Shown in pieces: positions 23,540 to 32,903 of a DNA stretch of 64,000 nt (position 1 is its first letter; every line of letters starts with the position of its first letter). Made by a program: the position numbers and the translations under genes. The DNA is from Candidatus Eisenbacteria bacterium RBG_16_71_46 (GTDB lineage: Bacteria; Eisenbacteria; RBG-16-71-46). The stretch covers positions 5,215 to 69,214 of the forward strand of contig MFFQ01000023.1 of assembly GCA_001780165.1 (NCBI GenBank), read 5' to 3'. Under the pieces are notes generated by a model, which saw nothing but the letters and a program-made list of their open reading frames with translations, had not been told where the DNA came from and did no database searches.

Positions 23540-24559
23540 CTAGAACGTGACGCCCACCGTCAGTCGATGCGTTGCCTCCAAGCGGCCCTGGTCGGCCCAG
23601 GCGTAGTCGAGGCGATAGTGGAAGGTGTCGAGCCCTCCCTGGACCCCGGCTCCGAGCGTGAGGCCCACTTCCGAATCCTCCTGGAACAGGCTCTGGTAGC
23701 CCGCTCGCAGGGCAATCATCTCACGAATGGTCAGCTCCGCGCCGAGGCTCGCGCTCTCGGTGTTGTCGCTGGGGTGCGCGACGTCCGCCACCACCAGGAG
23801 CCGGGAGCGCCCCGCGAGCCGATAGGGCATCCCGAGCCCCACCCGGAAGACCTGCGGCAGCGAGTAGTTCTGGGTGTAGCGCTCGCCGGGCAGCGTGTTG
23901 TTGTCCCCCAAGCGCGAGGGGTCGTTGTCGTAGTCGATGCGCAGGTCGAGGCCGCTGAAGCGCTCGCTGGTCCCGAAGTTCGACAGGCTGGCGCCGATGA
24001 GCAGGCCGTTGGGCGAGAGCTGGTAGAGCGTGCCGACGTTCAGCGTGAACGTGCTCGCCGAGGTGTGCCAGATCGTCTCCTGGACGAAGTTGATCTGGGC
24101 GCCCGCGGCGACGCGGTCGGTGATCTGGAATCCGTACCCGACGCCGAGCGCCACGTTGGTCACGCTGTAGCGCTCGCCCGTGCCGAGCGGCTGCGTGACC
24201 GTGCGGACCTCGATCTCCCCCGAATTCAGCGCCGTGACGCTGGCGACGGCGTTGCCCCAGCGCCCGAGCGGCACCGTCATCGCCGCATGGTCGAAGCGGA
24301 TGCCCGCCAGCCAATCGGCGCGAGAGAAGGCCAGCTCGTAGCGATCGAGATGGCCGATGACTCCGGGGTTGTAGTAGACCGCCTGGAGACCGTCGACGAT
24401 GGAGACCCCCGCATTGCCCATTCCGGTGATGCGGGCGCTGGGCTCGATGAGCAGGAACTGGCCCACCGCCGTGCCGGTCTTGGTCTGGGCCGAGGCTGGC
24501 GCCGCGCTCGAGGCCAGGGCCGCGAGGGTCGCCAGCGCCGCGAGCAGGGTCCGGTTCAT
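23540..24559 (-). CDS. PorV/PorQ-family (FadL-like) outer-membrane beta-barrel
   Basis: Motifs QFLLIEPSARITGMGNA, YYNPG, ALRAGY, LTLGAG and RLDYAW; terminal Phe (VGVTF). Confidence 0.85.
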   Translation of the reverse strand: MNRTLLAALATLAALASSAAPASAQTKTGTAVGQFLLIEPSARITGMGNAGVSIVDGLQAVYYNPGVIGHLDRYELAFSRADWLAGIRFDHAAMTVPLGRWGNAVASVTALNSGEIEVRTVTQPLGTGERYSVTNVALGVGYGFQITDRVAAGAQINFVQETIWHTSASTFTLNVGTLYQLSPNGLLIGASLSNFGTSERFSGLDLRIDYDNDPSRLGDNNTLPGERYTQNYSLPQVFRVGLGMPYRLAGRSRLLVVADVAHPSDNTESASLGAELTIREMIALRAGYQSLFQEDSEVGLTLGAGVQGGLDTFHYRLDYAWADQGRLEATHRLTVGVTF

Positions 24560-24573
24560 GGGCGGTCGCTTCC

Positions 24574-27500
24574 TCACTTGATGATCGCGAACTTGCCAAC
24601 GTGGGTGCCCAACCCGGGCGCCTCGACGTGGAAGATGTAGAGACCCGGCGCGACGTCCAGATTGTCCTTCGTCCGCAGGTTCCAGGCGATGAATCCGTCG
24701 AGGGACCCGTCGTGGCGCAAGCTCTGCACCAAATCACCGCGGACGGTGTAGATGCGGATGGTGCAGGTCTGCGGCAACCCGCGGAACTCGATGCGCCGGT
24801 CCCCCCGCCCCGAGATCGCGAACCGCGAGGGCTCGAAGCTCGCCGCCTCGATGTAGGGGTTGGGAACAACGTAGGGCGCCTGGGTGAACTCGGAGCCGGC
24901 GCGCGCGGCATCCACGCGCTGGCCGCGGGTGTCGAACGCGTACACGTCGGCGGCGCCGAGCGGCAGGATCAGATCGAGATCGTAGACGTCGCCGAGCCGC
25001 GGAGGGAATATCGGGCCGCGCGCGCCCTGCCCGAGGGTGTCGAGCTGGACGCGCCAGGTGATCAGCGAATCGAGCCGCGTGATGTTCGGCACGCGGGTCA
25101 AGATGTCGACGTATTCGTCCGCCCGACTGAGCGTGCCGTCGTTGTCCAGGTCGCGGAAGCGGAAGTCGAGCTGGCGGTCTCCACCCGCGGTGTGGGCCAG
25201 GATCAGGAATTTCGCCGGCTTGGCGGCGATCGGGAAGATGAGCTGCCCGGTGTCGCGCACGACGTCGTCGAACACGACGCTGATGTCGTCCGGAAAACCC
25301 TCGCGCCGCAAGTCGATGGGCTGCACCGGCTGGTACAGCGTCTTGATCCGCGTGTTGGTCGGGCTGCCCGGCCGGTATCCCGAGCGGGTCTCGTCCACCT
25401 GGACCTGCCGGGGGCTCTGGGTGACGATCGGGAGCAGGCCCGCCCCGGTCGGCCCGATCCCCAACCCGTCGAGGTCGGAACCGGTCTCGAAGAGGATCGT
25501 CCCCGCCGTGCTGTCCTCGAGGGAGTAAGAGGTCGCGGCGATGCTCTGCTCGCTCGGAGCGGCGAACGTGATCTTGAACACGTGACCGTCCGGCACCTGG
25601 TTGGAGTTGACCACCTTCACCGCCACCGTGCCGGTTCCCCCGCCGGCGATGTGGGCGGCCGCGGTCACCGCGGCGCCGTCGAATCCCAGCACCCGCAGGT
25701 TTGGTCGCACGCGGACCACGTTGGGCGGGAGGATGAGCCCGCCGCGCGGAGTGCGCGTGATCGGGGCAATGGCATTCTCGGACGGGAAGATCGCGATGGA
25801 ATCGGCGTAAGGGACGGTCTCGTACCCGAAGTCGAAGGCGGTCACCGAGTAGTAGTACTCCTGGCCGTTGGTGACCGTTGAATCGGTCCAGGTGTGGGTG
25901 ATCCCCGAGTCGTCCCCGAGGTAGAAGGCGACGCCTTCGATGTTCTTGCGCGTGTAGCTCTTGAGCCCGTCGGCGAGGTCGAACTGGACCGCCGGCTTGC
26001 GCAGCCCGATGTCGTTGCCGCGCGCGGTGGTGATGACCTCCGGGTCGCGGAATTCGGGGTCGGTCGAGCGGTAGATCTTGTAGCCCTCGAAGTCGCGCAG
26101 GTGGGTCACCGGATCGACCCCGCGCTCGGCGGCGTCGTCCCACGACAGCCGCACGTAGCGGTCGCCGGCCTCGGCGGTCACCGTCGGCACCGGGGGAGGC
26201 ACGGCGAACTGGTAGTTGGCATTGTAGATTTGCTGCACGGTTGCGACCGTGGTGCGCAGCTGCTCGAGGTCGGCGCCGTAGGCGAGGGCGAGGCTGAAGC
26301 GCTCGGTCTTGCCAGCCTTGAGCCGGAAGGGACCCGAGGCGAACAGGAACGCGATGTTGTAGTTCGAGGCCAACGCGGAGTCGAAGCGCGCGGGGGTGAA
26401 GGGATTCGTGAACTTGTCCCAGAGTTTCTCCGGCCAGTTGTTGCTGTCGGTGTAGAACACGATGCCGTCCACCTGCGGGTTGGGATTGCCCTGGCCGGCG
26501 CGGATGCGGTTCTGCTTGAAGCCGGTGAGCCCGATCTGGTCGGACTCGTTGAGGTCGGTCTGGTCGAAGTTGGGCTCCCCCGCGGTCGGGATGCCGTCGC
26601 TCTCGCCGGTGTCGTGGGTGTCCTCCACGCCGTCCGCGCCGACGTCGTCGAACTCGCGGTCCCAGTCCAGGTCCTCGTCGCCCGGATACCAGCGGCCGGC
26701 CTTGTAGCCGGGCAGCTGTTCGAGCGGACCGTAGGCGCGCTCGAACTTGACGATGTCGTAGTGCGCCAGGACCGAGTCGCGAATCGCCTGCTGGCCGACG
26801 ACGACATGGAGCGTGTCCGGCCCGCTGTCGCGCCGCTCGTCGATGATGCCGTCGTCGTCGTTGTCGATGCCGTCGAAAGGATTTCCGGGGGTCTCGAGGT
26901 AGGCGTAGCCGAGGTAGCCAGTCCGGGAGCAGTTGCCCGCCAGGTCCACGCCGTGGCCGAAGCGATCCCAGGTGTAGACCAGGTTGAGCCGCGACCCGGT
27001 GGAGGCGTAGGAGCGGTCCCAGAACGCGTTGTCGTCGTCGGATTCGAAGATGCCGTCGCACGAGATTTGCGAGCCGCCGACGCCCGAGTCCATGTAGAGG
27101 CCGAAGATGATGTCGTCGTCGTAGTCGGTCGTGCCCTCGTTGGTGATATCGTAGAGCCAGAAGACGACGTTCCCCGCCTGGGGATTGGCCCACTGGAGGC
27201 CCCGCACCTGGATGCGCAGGCCGAGGCCGCGCCGCGTCAGGTCGGTGCTGTCGGGGAAGTAGTCCCAGGCGTCGTAGAACTGGTCGTCCATGATCGAGAA
27301 GCTCTCCTGGTCGGCGGCGGGACGCTTGCCGAAGTAGCCGTTCCAGCTGCCCTCCCAGCCCGGGTCGTCCGGGTCGTCCAGCTTGTCGGGCCACGACGGC
27401 GGCCAGGTGCGCGGGTCGTTGCTGATCGCCGGAGAGCGCGCCTGGTTGATGCGCGGATCGGCCTGGAAGTAACCGGGGCGCGGCTCGAAGCGCATGACGC

Positions 27501-27882
27501 GGTTGAAGTAGGGGCTGTTGCCCTGCCGCTCGCGATACCCGGTCTCCATGATGAAGGACTCCTGGCCGTCGCGCTGCTTGATCTTGGCCAGGACGAACGG
27601 CGTGATGCCGTCGGTGTAGTTCATGCCCGAACCCTTGGGCACCTCGGCCGAGTGGAAGACGCTGAGGTCGACGTTGCCGGGGTCCGGCGGGTAGTCGCCG
27701 ACCATGCCGAAGTTCCAGAAGACGGTGCGGATGTTCGCGGCATCGTGGAATCCGGAGCGCTCGGCGTCGCTCCTGCCGCGCTCCTCGGGAGGCGGACTCG
27801 AACCCGGCGTCGAGCCGGCCGGCGCGGACGCGAGCATCAGGACGAGGGCCGCGACGGCGAGGCCCGAGCGACCGCGGATCAT
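24574..27882 (-). CDS. Large secreted protein (1102 aa) with Ca-binding-like DxDxDG motifs, an FN3-like domain and a T9SS-like CTD
   Basis: Signal peptide. DGIDNDDDGIIDE and DLDNDG motifs; VRLSWD..FEGYKIYRS..YYYSVTAFD; tail YVVPNPY..CTIRIYTVRGDLV..PGLYIFHV..GKFAIIK. Overlaps both neighbours by 4 nt (with the longer GTG start of the porV-like gene). Confidence 0.85.
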   Translation of the reverse strand: MIRGRSGLAVAALVLMLASAPAGSTPGSSPPPEERGRSDAERSGFHDAANIRTVFWNFGMVGDYPPDPGNVDLSVFHSAEVPKGSGMNYTDGITPFVLAKIKQRDGQESFIMETGYRERQGNSPYFNRVMRFEPRPGYFQADPRINQARSPAISNDPRTWPPSWPDKLDDPDDPGWEGSWNGYFGKRPAADQESFSIMDDQFYDAWDYFPDSTDLTRRGLGLRIQVRGLQWANPQAGNVVFWLYDITNEGTTDYDDDIIFGLYMDSGVGGSQISCDGIFESDDDNAFWDRSYASTGSRLNLVYTWDRFGHGVDLAGNCSRTGYLGYAYLETPGNPFDGIDNDDDGIIDERRDSGPDTLHVVVGQQAIRDSVLAHYDIVKFERAYGPLEQLPGYKAGRWYPGDEDLDWDREFDDVGADGVEDTHDTGESDGIPTAGEPNFDQTDLNESDQIGLTGFKQNRIRAGQGNPNPQVDGIVFYTDSNNWPEKLWDKFTNPFTPARFDSALASNYNIAFLFASGPFRLKAGKTERFSLALAYGADLEQLRTTVATVQQIYNANYQFAVPPPVPTVTAEAGDRYVRLSWDDAAERGVDPVTHLRDFEGYKIYRSTDPEFRDPEVITTARGNDIGLRKPAVQFDLADGLKSYTRKNIEGVAFYLGDDSGITHTWTDSTVTNGQEYYYSVTAFDFGYETVPYADSIAIFPSENAIAPITRTPRGGLILPPNVVRVRPNLRVLGFDGAAVTAAAHIAGGGTGTVAVKVVNSNQVPDGHVFKITFAAPSEQSIAATSYSLEDSTAGTILFETGSDLDGLGIGPTGAGLLPIVTQSPRQVQVDETRSGYRPGSPTNTRIKTLYQPVQPIDLRREGFPDDISVVFDDVVRDTGQLIFPIAAKPAKFLILAHTAGGDRQLDFRFRDLDNDGTLSRADEYVDILTRVPNITRLDSLITWRVQLDTLGQGARGPIFPPRLGDVYDLDLILPLGAADVYAFDTRGQRVDAARAGSEFTQAPYVVPNPYIEAASFEPSRFAISGRGDRRIEFRGLPQTCTIRIYTVRGDLVQSLRHDGSLDGFIAWNLRTKDNLDVAPGLYIFHVEAPGLGTHVGKFAIIK

Positions 27883-30542
27883 GGCGTGCGCCCCGCGCCG
27901 AACGTCACACCGGCCTCGATGCGGCGCGGCGCGTAGAAGCGGGTCGGATCCTCGAGGGCGGCCAGGTCTCTCGACGGGTCGCGCGAGTAGTAGGGGCTGC
28001 CGGTGCTGTTGAAGACCGACCCGTTGAAGAAGCGGGTGTCGAAGGCGTTGAACACCCGGCCGAAGAGGCTCCCCCGCAGACCGCCGACGTTGAGCCGTTT
28101 CTCGGCCCGCAGGTCGAGTGCCAGCGCGTCGGGCTTGCGACCCGAGTTGGTCTCCTGGCCGCCGCCGAAGATCGCCGTGATCGTCGGCGTGTAGGGCTGC
28201 CCGCTGGCCACTCTCAGGATCGCGCTGAGGTTGAAGTCCTCGGGCCGCGCGAGGGTGACGGTCATGTTGAGCGTGTGCCGCTGGTCCCAGTCGAGCGGGA
28301 CCTCGCGCGGGCGCGGATCTTCCTTGTTCTCGGCCCGGGTTGCGGTCTCGCGCGGGTCGCTGGAGTTGCCCTCGGCGATCTGCCAGGTGTAGTCGAGCGA
28401 CGCGCTGAGGAGCCCGATCGCGCGCTGGTCCAGGCTCACGGTGAACCCGACGACGTTGCCGAAGTCGACGTTCGTGAGTCGCGTATACTCGGCATCGTTG
28501 TAGGTGGAGATGAACTCGACTCCGAGCAGGTCGCGAATGTCCTTGTAGAAGATGTTCACGTCGAGCCCGAGCCGGTCATTCAGCTCCTGCTTGTAGCCGA
28601 ACTGGTACTGGACGGTTTTCTCCGGCTTGACGTCGGGGTTTCCGAGCACCCCGTACTTGCCCAGGTTGTCCACGGCCTGGAGCCGTTCGAGCACCGTGTA
28701 GTCCGCGTTCGAATAGATGTCGCCGAGCGGGGGCATCTGGGTGAAGTGTCCGTAGGCGAAGTACACCGCGGCCTTGTGGGTGATCGGATACGAGACCCCG
28801 ATCCGCGGCATCAGCGAGACCTTGGGGGTCGCCGCGCGCGGGACCGAAACCGGGGCGCCCTGGATCGCGTTCGCGGGATTGCTCAGATCGCTCGGCAGCC
28901 ACGCACGCGGATCGAAGACCTCGAGCCGCAGCCCGGCGCGGAGCCGGAGATCGCTCCAGTCGATGTCGTCCTGGGCGTAGGTGGCGCCGATGAGCGGGCG
29001 GTAGGTGCGGACCCCCGGAAAATCGGGCGGCTGGTTTTGGATCCGCTGGAGCGTCTCCGTCCCCCCCTCCTGGTTGAAGACCAGGCTCCCGTCTTTCCCG
29101 AACGACAGCCACGGCACCTGCAGCTCGGCCCCGACCTTGACCAGATGCTCTCGCGTGACCTGGCTCACCGCGGAGGCATCGAAGACGAATGCGCTCGTCT
29201 GCTGCCGGTAGCGGGTGAAGTCCACGCCCTGGACGAAGACCCCGTCGGGGATGAATGGATAGCTCCGCGGCGGACCGGCGAGGTAGCGGGGATCGTAGAG
29301 GTCGTCGTGGGCCATGTCCCGGTAGTCGATGAGATTCTGCCGGAGGCTGAGCTTGTAGTAGGACGCCTTGCTCAGCGTGTGGGTCCAGTCCAACCCGTGC
29401 ACGATCGAGAACGTGCGTTGCTTGGCGAGCCCGTCGGGATCGAAGCGGTACAGGTAGCTGCTCCTCCGCGCCTCGATGACGTTGAGGATCGCCTGGTAGT
29501 TGAGCTCCACGTCCGGGATCGAGCGATTGGTCAACTTGGCCACCCCGGACCATTCGCGGGAGTGGCCGAGCGTGACGTCGCCGAAGTCGCCCGAGGGCTG
29601 AAGGACACCATTGGAGTCGGGGCGGTCCGTGGGCCGGAAGACGCGGATTCCCCGGACGTAGTCGTCGAACAGGTAGCGGCGCCCGCTGAGCAGGAAGACC
29701 GTCTTGGGCAGCGGCGCCGGGCCGGTCAGCGTGAGCTGGTAGTTCTGGATCCCCGACGGCTGCCAGTCGAATTCAACGTTGCGGCGGTCCCCGCCGAAGA
29801 CGAAGCCCCCGGAAAACGCCTCGCCCGACCAGTCGAACCTCTCCGTGCCGCGCTTGAGGACGGCATTCACCACGCCGCTCATCGCCTGTCCGTACTCGGC
29901 GTCGAAGGTGCCGCTGACGATCTGCACCTCCTCGAGCAGCGAACGATCGAGGCGCACGGTCGAGGCATTGTTGAACAGGTTGTTTACGGTGACCCCGTCC
30001 ACCTGGTACTGGACCTCCCCGGTCCGCCCGCCGCGGAAGTGCCCATCGACCACGCCGGCCTGCAGGTTGACCACGTCCTGCAGCTCCTGCACCGGCAGGT
30101 TCTCGATCTGCTGGCGGCTCAAGGTGGCGATGTTGCTGGTGAGATTGACGTCCACGACCGGTCGCGTGGCGGTGATGACGATCTCCTCCATCGGGAGCGG
30201 GGCTTCCACCAGGGTCAGGTCGAGACGCGTCGTCTGGTCCGAGGTGACCACGACGTCCTCCACCGCGACCGGCCGATAGCCGATGAGATTGAACCTCACA
30301 CGGTAGGTTCCGGCGGGGATGTTGAGCACGCTGTAGCGGCCGTCGAGATCGGTGACCGCCCCGAGCCGGGCCTCCGGAATGGCCACGTTGGCGCCGGCCA
30401 GCGGCTCCTTCCTGCCGTCCACCACCACCCCGACGAGCTTCCCCGTGGTGCCCGCGTGGGCGGCGCACGGAAACGCGAGCAGCAGAAGGGCTGCACGAGC
30501 CGCCGCGCCGCCCGACGTCCATCCGCGCTCCCGCCGATCCAT
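27879..30542 (-). CDS. TonB-dependent receptor with N-terminal carboxypeptidase-regulatory-like domain
   Basis: GTTGKLVG..EPLAGANV..TDLDGRY; plug HFRGGRTGEV..VDG and GTFDAEYGQAMSGVVN; barrel motifs PRIGVSYP, GNPDVKPEKT and PRRIEAG. Confidence 0.92.
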   Translation of the reverse strand: MDRRERGWTSGGAAARAALLLLAFPCAAHAGTTGKLVGVVVDGRKEPLAGANVAIPEARLGAVTDLDGRYSVLNIPAGTYRVRFNLIGYRPVAVEDVVVTSDQTTRLDLTLVEAPLPMEEIVITATRPVVDVNLTSNIATLSRQQIENLPVQELQDVVNLQAGVVDGHFRGGRTGEVQYQVDGVTVNNLFNNASTVRLDRSLLEEVQIVSGTFDAEYGQAMSGVVNAVLKRGTERFDWSGEAFSGGFVFGGDRRNVEFDWQPSGIQNYQLTLTGPAPLPKTVFLLSGRRYLFDDYVRGIRVFRPTDRPDSNGVLQPSGDFGDVTLGHSREWSGVAKLTNRSIPDVELNYQAILNVIEARRSSYLYRFDPDGLAKQRTFSIVHGLDWTHTLSKASYYKLSLRQNLIDYRDMAHDDLYDPRYLAGPPRSYPFIPDGVFVQGVDFTRYRQQTSAFVFDASAVSQVTREHLVKVGAELQVPWLSFGKDGSLVFNQEGGTETLQRIQNQPPDFPGVRTYRPLIGATYAQDDIDWSDLRLRAGLRLEVFDPRAWLPSDLSNPANAIQGAPVSVPRAATPKVSLMPRIGVSYPITHKAAVYFAYGHFTQMPPLGDIYSNADYTVLERLQAVDNLGKYGVLGNPDVKPEKTVQYQFGYKQELNDRLGLDVNIFYKDIRDLLGVEFISTYNDAEYTRLTNVDFGNVVGFTVSLDQRAIGLLSASLDYTWQIAEGNSSDPRETATRAENKEDPRPREVPLDWDQRHTLNMTVTLARPEDFNLSAILRVASGQPYTPTITAIFGGGQETNSGRKPDALALDLRAEKRLNVGGLRGSLFGRVFNAFDTRFFNGSVFNSTGSPYYSRDPSRDLAALEDPTRFYAPRRIEAGVTFGAGRTP

Positions 30543-30639
30543 GCCGAGTCGACCGTCCGCCGTTCGATTTCCGAAACGCGCCCGGCGGGACGGGTGCGAG
30601 CGTCCGTCCCGCCGGGCCCTTCCGCAGTACCCGCGTGGA

Positions 30640-32544
30640 CTACCTGACCACCATCATCTTTCCCGAGAGCGTGGACCGCGCCGTGCCCGTCGCCGGATCC
30701 GCCACCCGGAGGCGGTAGAGGTAGAGCCCGGTCCCCATGTCCCCGCGGTTGAACAGGGCGTGCTGATCGCCCGCCGTCCGCACCCCGAGCGACCTCGAGA
30801 CGACCAGGCGGCCTTGCAGGTCGAAGACCTCGAGCGTCACCGCTCCCGGCTGGTTCAGTGCGAAGCGGATGGTGGTGTTCGCCTGGAACGGGTTGGGGAA
30901 GTTGCCGCGCAGCGCGGTGACGCCGGCGCGCGGACCTGCCGGCTGGTCGTCCACCCCGACCACGCCGAGCGAGGGATCGAGATAGGCCCAGACCGGACCG
31001 TTCTCCCCTTCGTACTGGCGGAACCACCAGGTGCGGGAGCCGTAGCTGTCGGTGAAGGGCGTGAACGAGTCGCCATCGAGCAAGGTGATGCCGAGGAACA
31101 GCCGCCCGTCGCCGCGCCCGTGCGGATAGCCGAGCTTGGTGAGGTCCACCGCCAGCTCCGCGGTGTAGCCCTCGTCCGCGGTCGCCCCGGTCGTGTCCAC
31201 CGTGGTGTTGGGCTTGAGCGCGAGGGCCAGCTTGGCGCCGAGCAGCGTGTCGCGCAGGAACGGCAGGTAGTCCTGCGCCTTGGCCTGCCCGTTCTGATCG
31301 ACCTGGAAGCTCAGACGCTGGGTGAGGAGCTGCTTGTCGGGCCCGCGCTTCGAGTACTCGGTCAGGGTCACGATGAAGCCGTCCCAGCGGTCGAAGGTCG
31401 AGACGTACTGGACTACCTGGTCGCGCACGTCGAACCCGAGGTAGAGCGTGTCCTCCTTGAAGAAGTACTTCACCGTCGCGTCGCCCGGGTCCAGGATCGC
31501 CGCCTGTCCGCCGTTGACGTCCGGTTGGAACTGGCCGCTGCGGTACCTCCCGACACCGGGATAGCTGTTGCGCAGCGCCTGGTCGCCGTAGCGGATGTCG
31601 AACGACGGCGCGAACGACCACACCGGCTCGGTGAGCGCGCCGTCGATCGCCGGCGGCAGGAACCCGGCCGCGACCGGGATGCGCAGGTCGGGCCCGATGG
31701 ACGGCACCGGCCCGGAGTTGATCGTGACGTCCGGGCGGGCATGGATCTTGACTTCGCTGTACCACGAGGTGTTGCCCCAGGGGTTCTGCCACCACGTCCG
31801 GTTAGCGCTGAACTTGGCGACGTCGAGCGGCCACAGCCAGTCGCAGTCGTAGAGCGAGAGGTTCCACTCGACGACGTCGCCGCCGGGCTGGGTGACGTCG
31901 TAGCCGTCGGCGGTGAGGTTGAACTTCATCTCCACGGTGTAGCCCGTGTCGGTCCCGCTGTCGTCGTTCGACTGGCCGTGGACCACGGTTACCGCGTTCC
32001 AGTTGGCGATCTGCGCCGAATCCCGCGGCACCGTCGGGTCGGTCGGCGCCCACTTGCCCTGGAACCGGGGCAGCAAGCCCGGGGCCGTGGGATTGGTGAG
32101 GGGCGGTGGATACCACCACGAGTAGAAGTGCTCGAGCGGCGGCGTCGGCCGGTCGAGGCTCACGTGATCCATGATCATCATCAGGAAGCCATCGAATTTG
32201 TTGAAGTCCGCCGATCCGCCGACGGAGGCGTCGCTGACCTCGGCGCCCAGGTAGAGGGTATTGCCGTCGACGAGGAACTTGAGGGTGGCGAAGCTCGGGT
32301 CGACCGGCAGCTTGCCGCCCTCGGGCTTGTACCCGCTGCCCGGGATGCCGTTGTCCACGCCCCACTGGATCACCTTGCTCTCGGCGGCCGCCCAGGCGGC
32401 CTCGTTGAGCACGCCGTCGAGGGTAATGGGCTGCCCGGCGGTGGACCGCGCCCAGATGACGTCCAAGCGCGGGGGCTGCGCCGCGGCCGGCAGCGCGAAC
32501 GCGAGGGCCGCGAACGCGAGTATCGTGATCGTTCCGGATCTCAT
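30640..32544 (-). CDS. Secreted protein with two CBM9/DOMON-like sugar-binding domains and a FlgD-Ig/Por-like CTD
   Basis: AGGAGG RBS and signal peptide. The pattern [IL]DG.L.E..W ... TLYLG..V.D ... GYT.E occurs twice. Tail NFPNPF..VFDLQGRLV..GLYLYRL..GKMMVVR. Confidence 0.8.
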   Translation of the reverse strand: MRSGTITILAFAALAFALPAAAQPPRLDVIWARSTAGQPITLDGVLNEAAWAAAESKVIQWGVDNGIPGSGYKPEGGKLPVDPSFATLKFLVDGNTLYLGAEVSDASVGGSADFNKFDGFLMMIMDHVSLDRPTPPLEHFYSWWYPPPLTNPTAPGLLPRFQGKWAPTDPTVPRDSAQIANWNAVTVVHGQSNDDSGTDTGYTVEMKFNLTADGYDVTQPGGDVVEWNLSLYDCDWLWPLDVAKFSANRTWWQNPWGNTSWYSEVKIHARPDVTINSGPVPSIGPDLRIPVAAGFLPPAIDGALTEPVWSFAPSFDIRYGDQALRNSYPGVGRYRSGQFQPDVNGGQAAILDPGDATVKYFFKEDTLYLGFDVRDQVVQYVSTFDRWDGFIVTLTEYSKRGPDKQLLTQRLSFQVDQNGQAKAQDYLPFLRDTLLGAKLALALKPNTTVDTTGATADEGYTAELAVDLTKLGYPHGRGDGRLFLGITLLDGDSFTPFTDSYGSRTWWFRQYEGENGPVWAYLDPSLGVVGVDDQPAGPRAGVTALRGNFPNPFQANTTIRFALNQPGAVTLEVFDLQGRLVVSRSLGVRTAGDQHALFNRGDMGTGLYLYRLRVADPATGTARSTLSGKMMVVR

Positions 32545-32764
32545 GGTGGAGCCTCCTACGCAGTGATGTGGTGCCATGGCAAACGGATGGATGCGCACGG
32601 ACGAAGGAACGGAAGCGTGCCGCGCGAGACACGGTGGCCGGAAGGGATTCTCGCTCTGGCTGCCAAGGTCATTTCCGGCTCCACCGCAACGGGTCCGCGC
32701 AGGGCGAATGCGTCGCGGCCGACGACTCCCTCATCCGGTCCTGCGAGCGGACCGGGGCGCTTCT

Positions 32765-32778
32765 TGTAAACGATTACA
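32765..32778. promoter_or_regulatory. LacI-type operator copy 2 (TGTAAACGATTACA) between the divergent TBDR operon and GH1, with TTGACA on the minus strand at 32798-32793
   Basis: Palindrome TTGTAAACGATTACAA with one mismatch. Confidence 0.82.
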
Positions 32779-32903
32779 AACCTGTATGACGTTGTCAAGC
32801 AGGGCCTTCCTCGCCCGCCGCCGGCGGCGTGTGGACGCCCTTCCAGGGCTCCGCTATCCTGCGCCGCCTGCGATGGACACCCTAGGACGATCCCGCCCGC
32901 GCG

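Noticed and set aside
32785..32798. TTGACAACGTCATA as a possible second LacI-type operator
   Set aside because: Only a half-site, single copy, and already explained as the -35 element.
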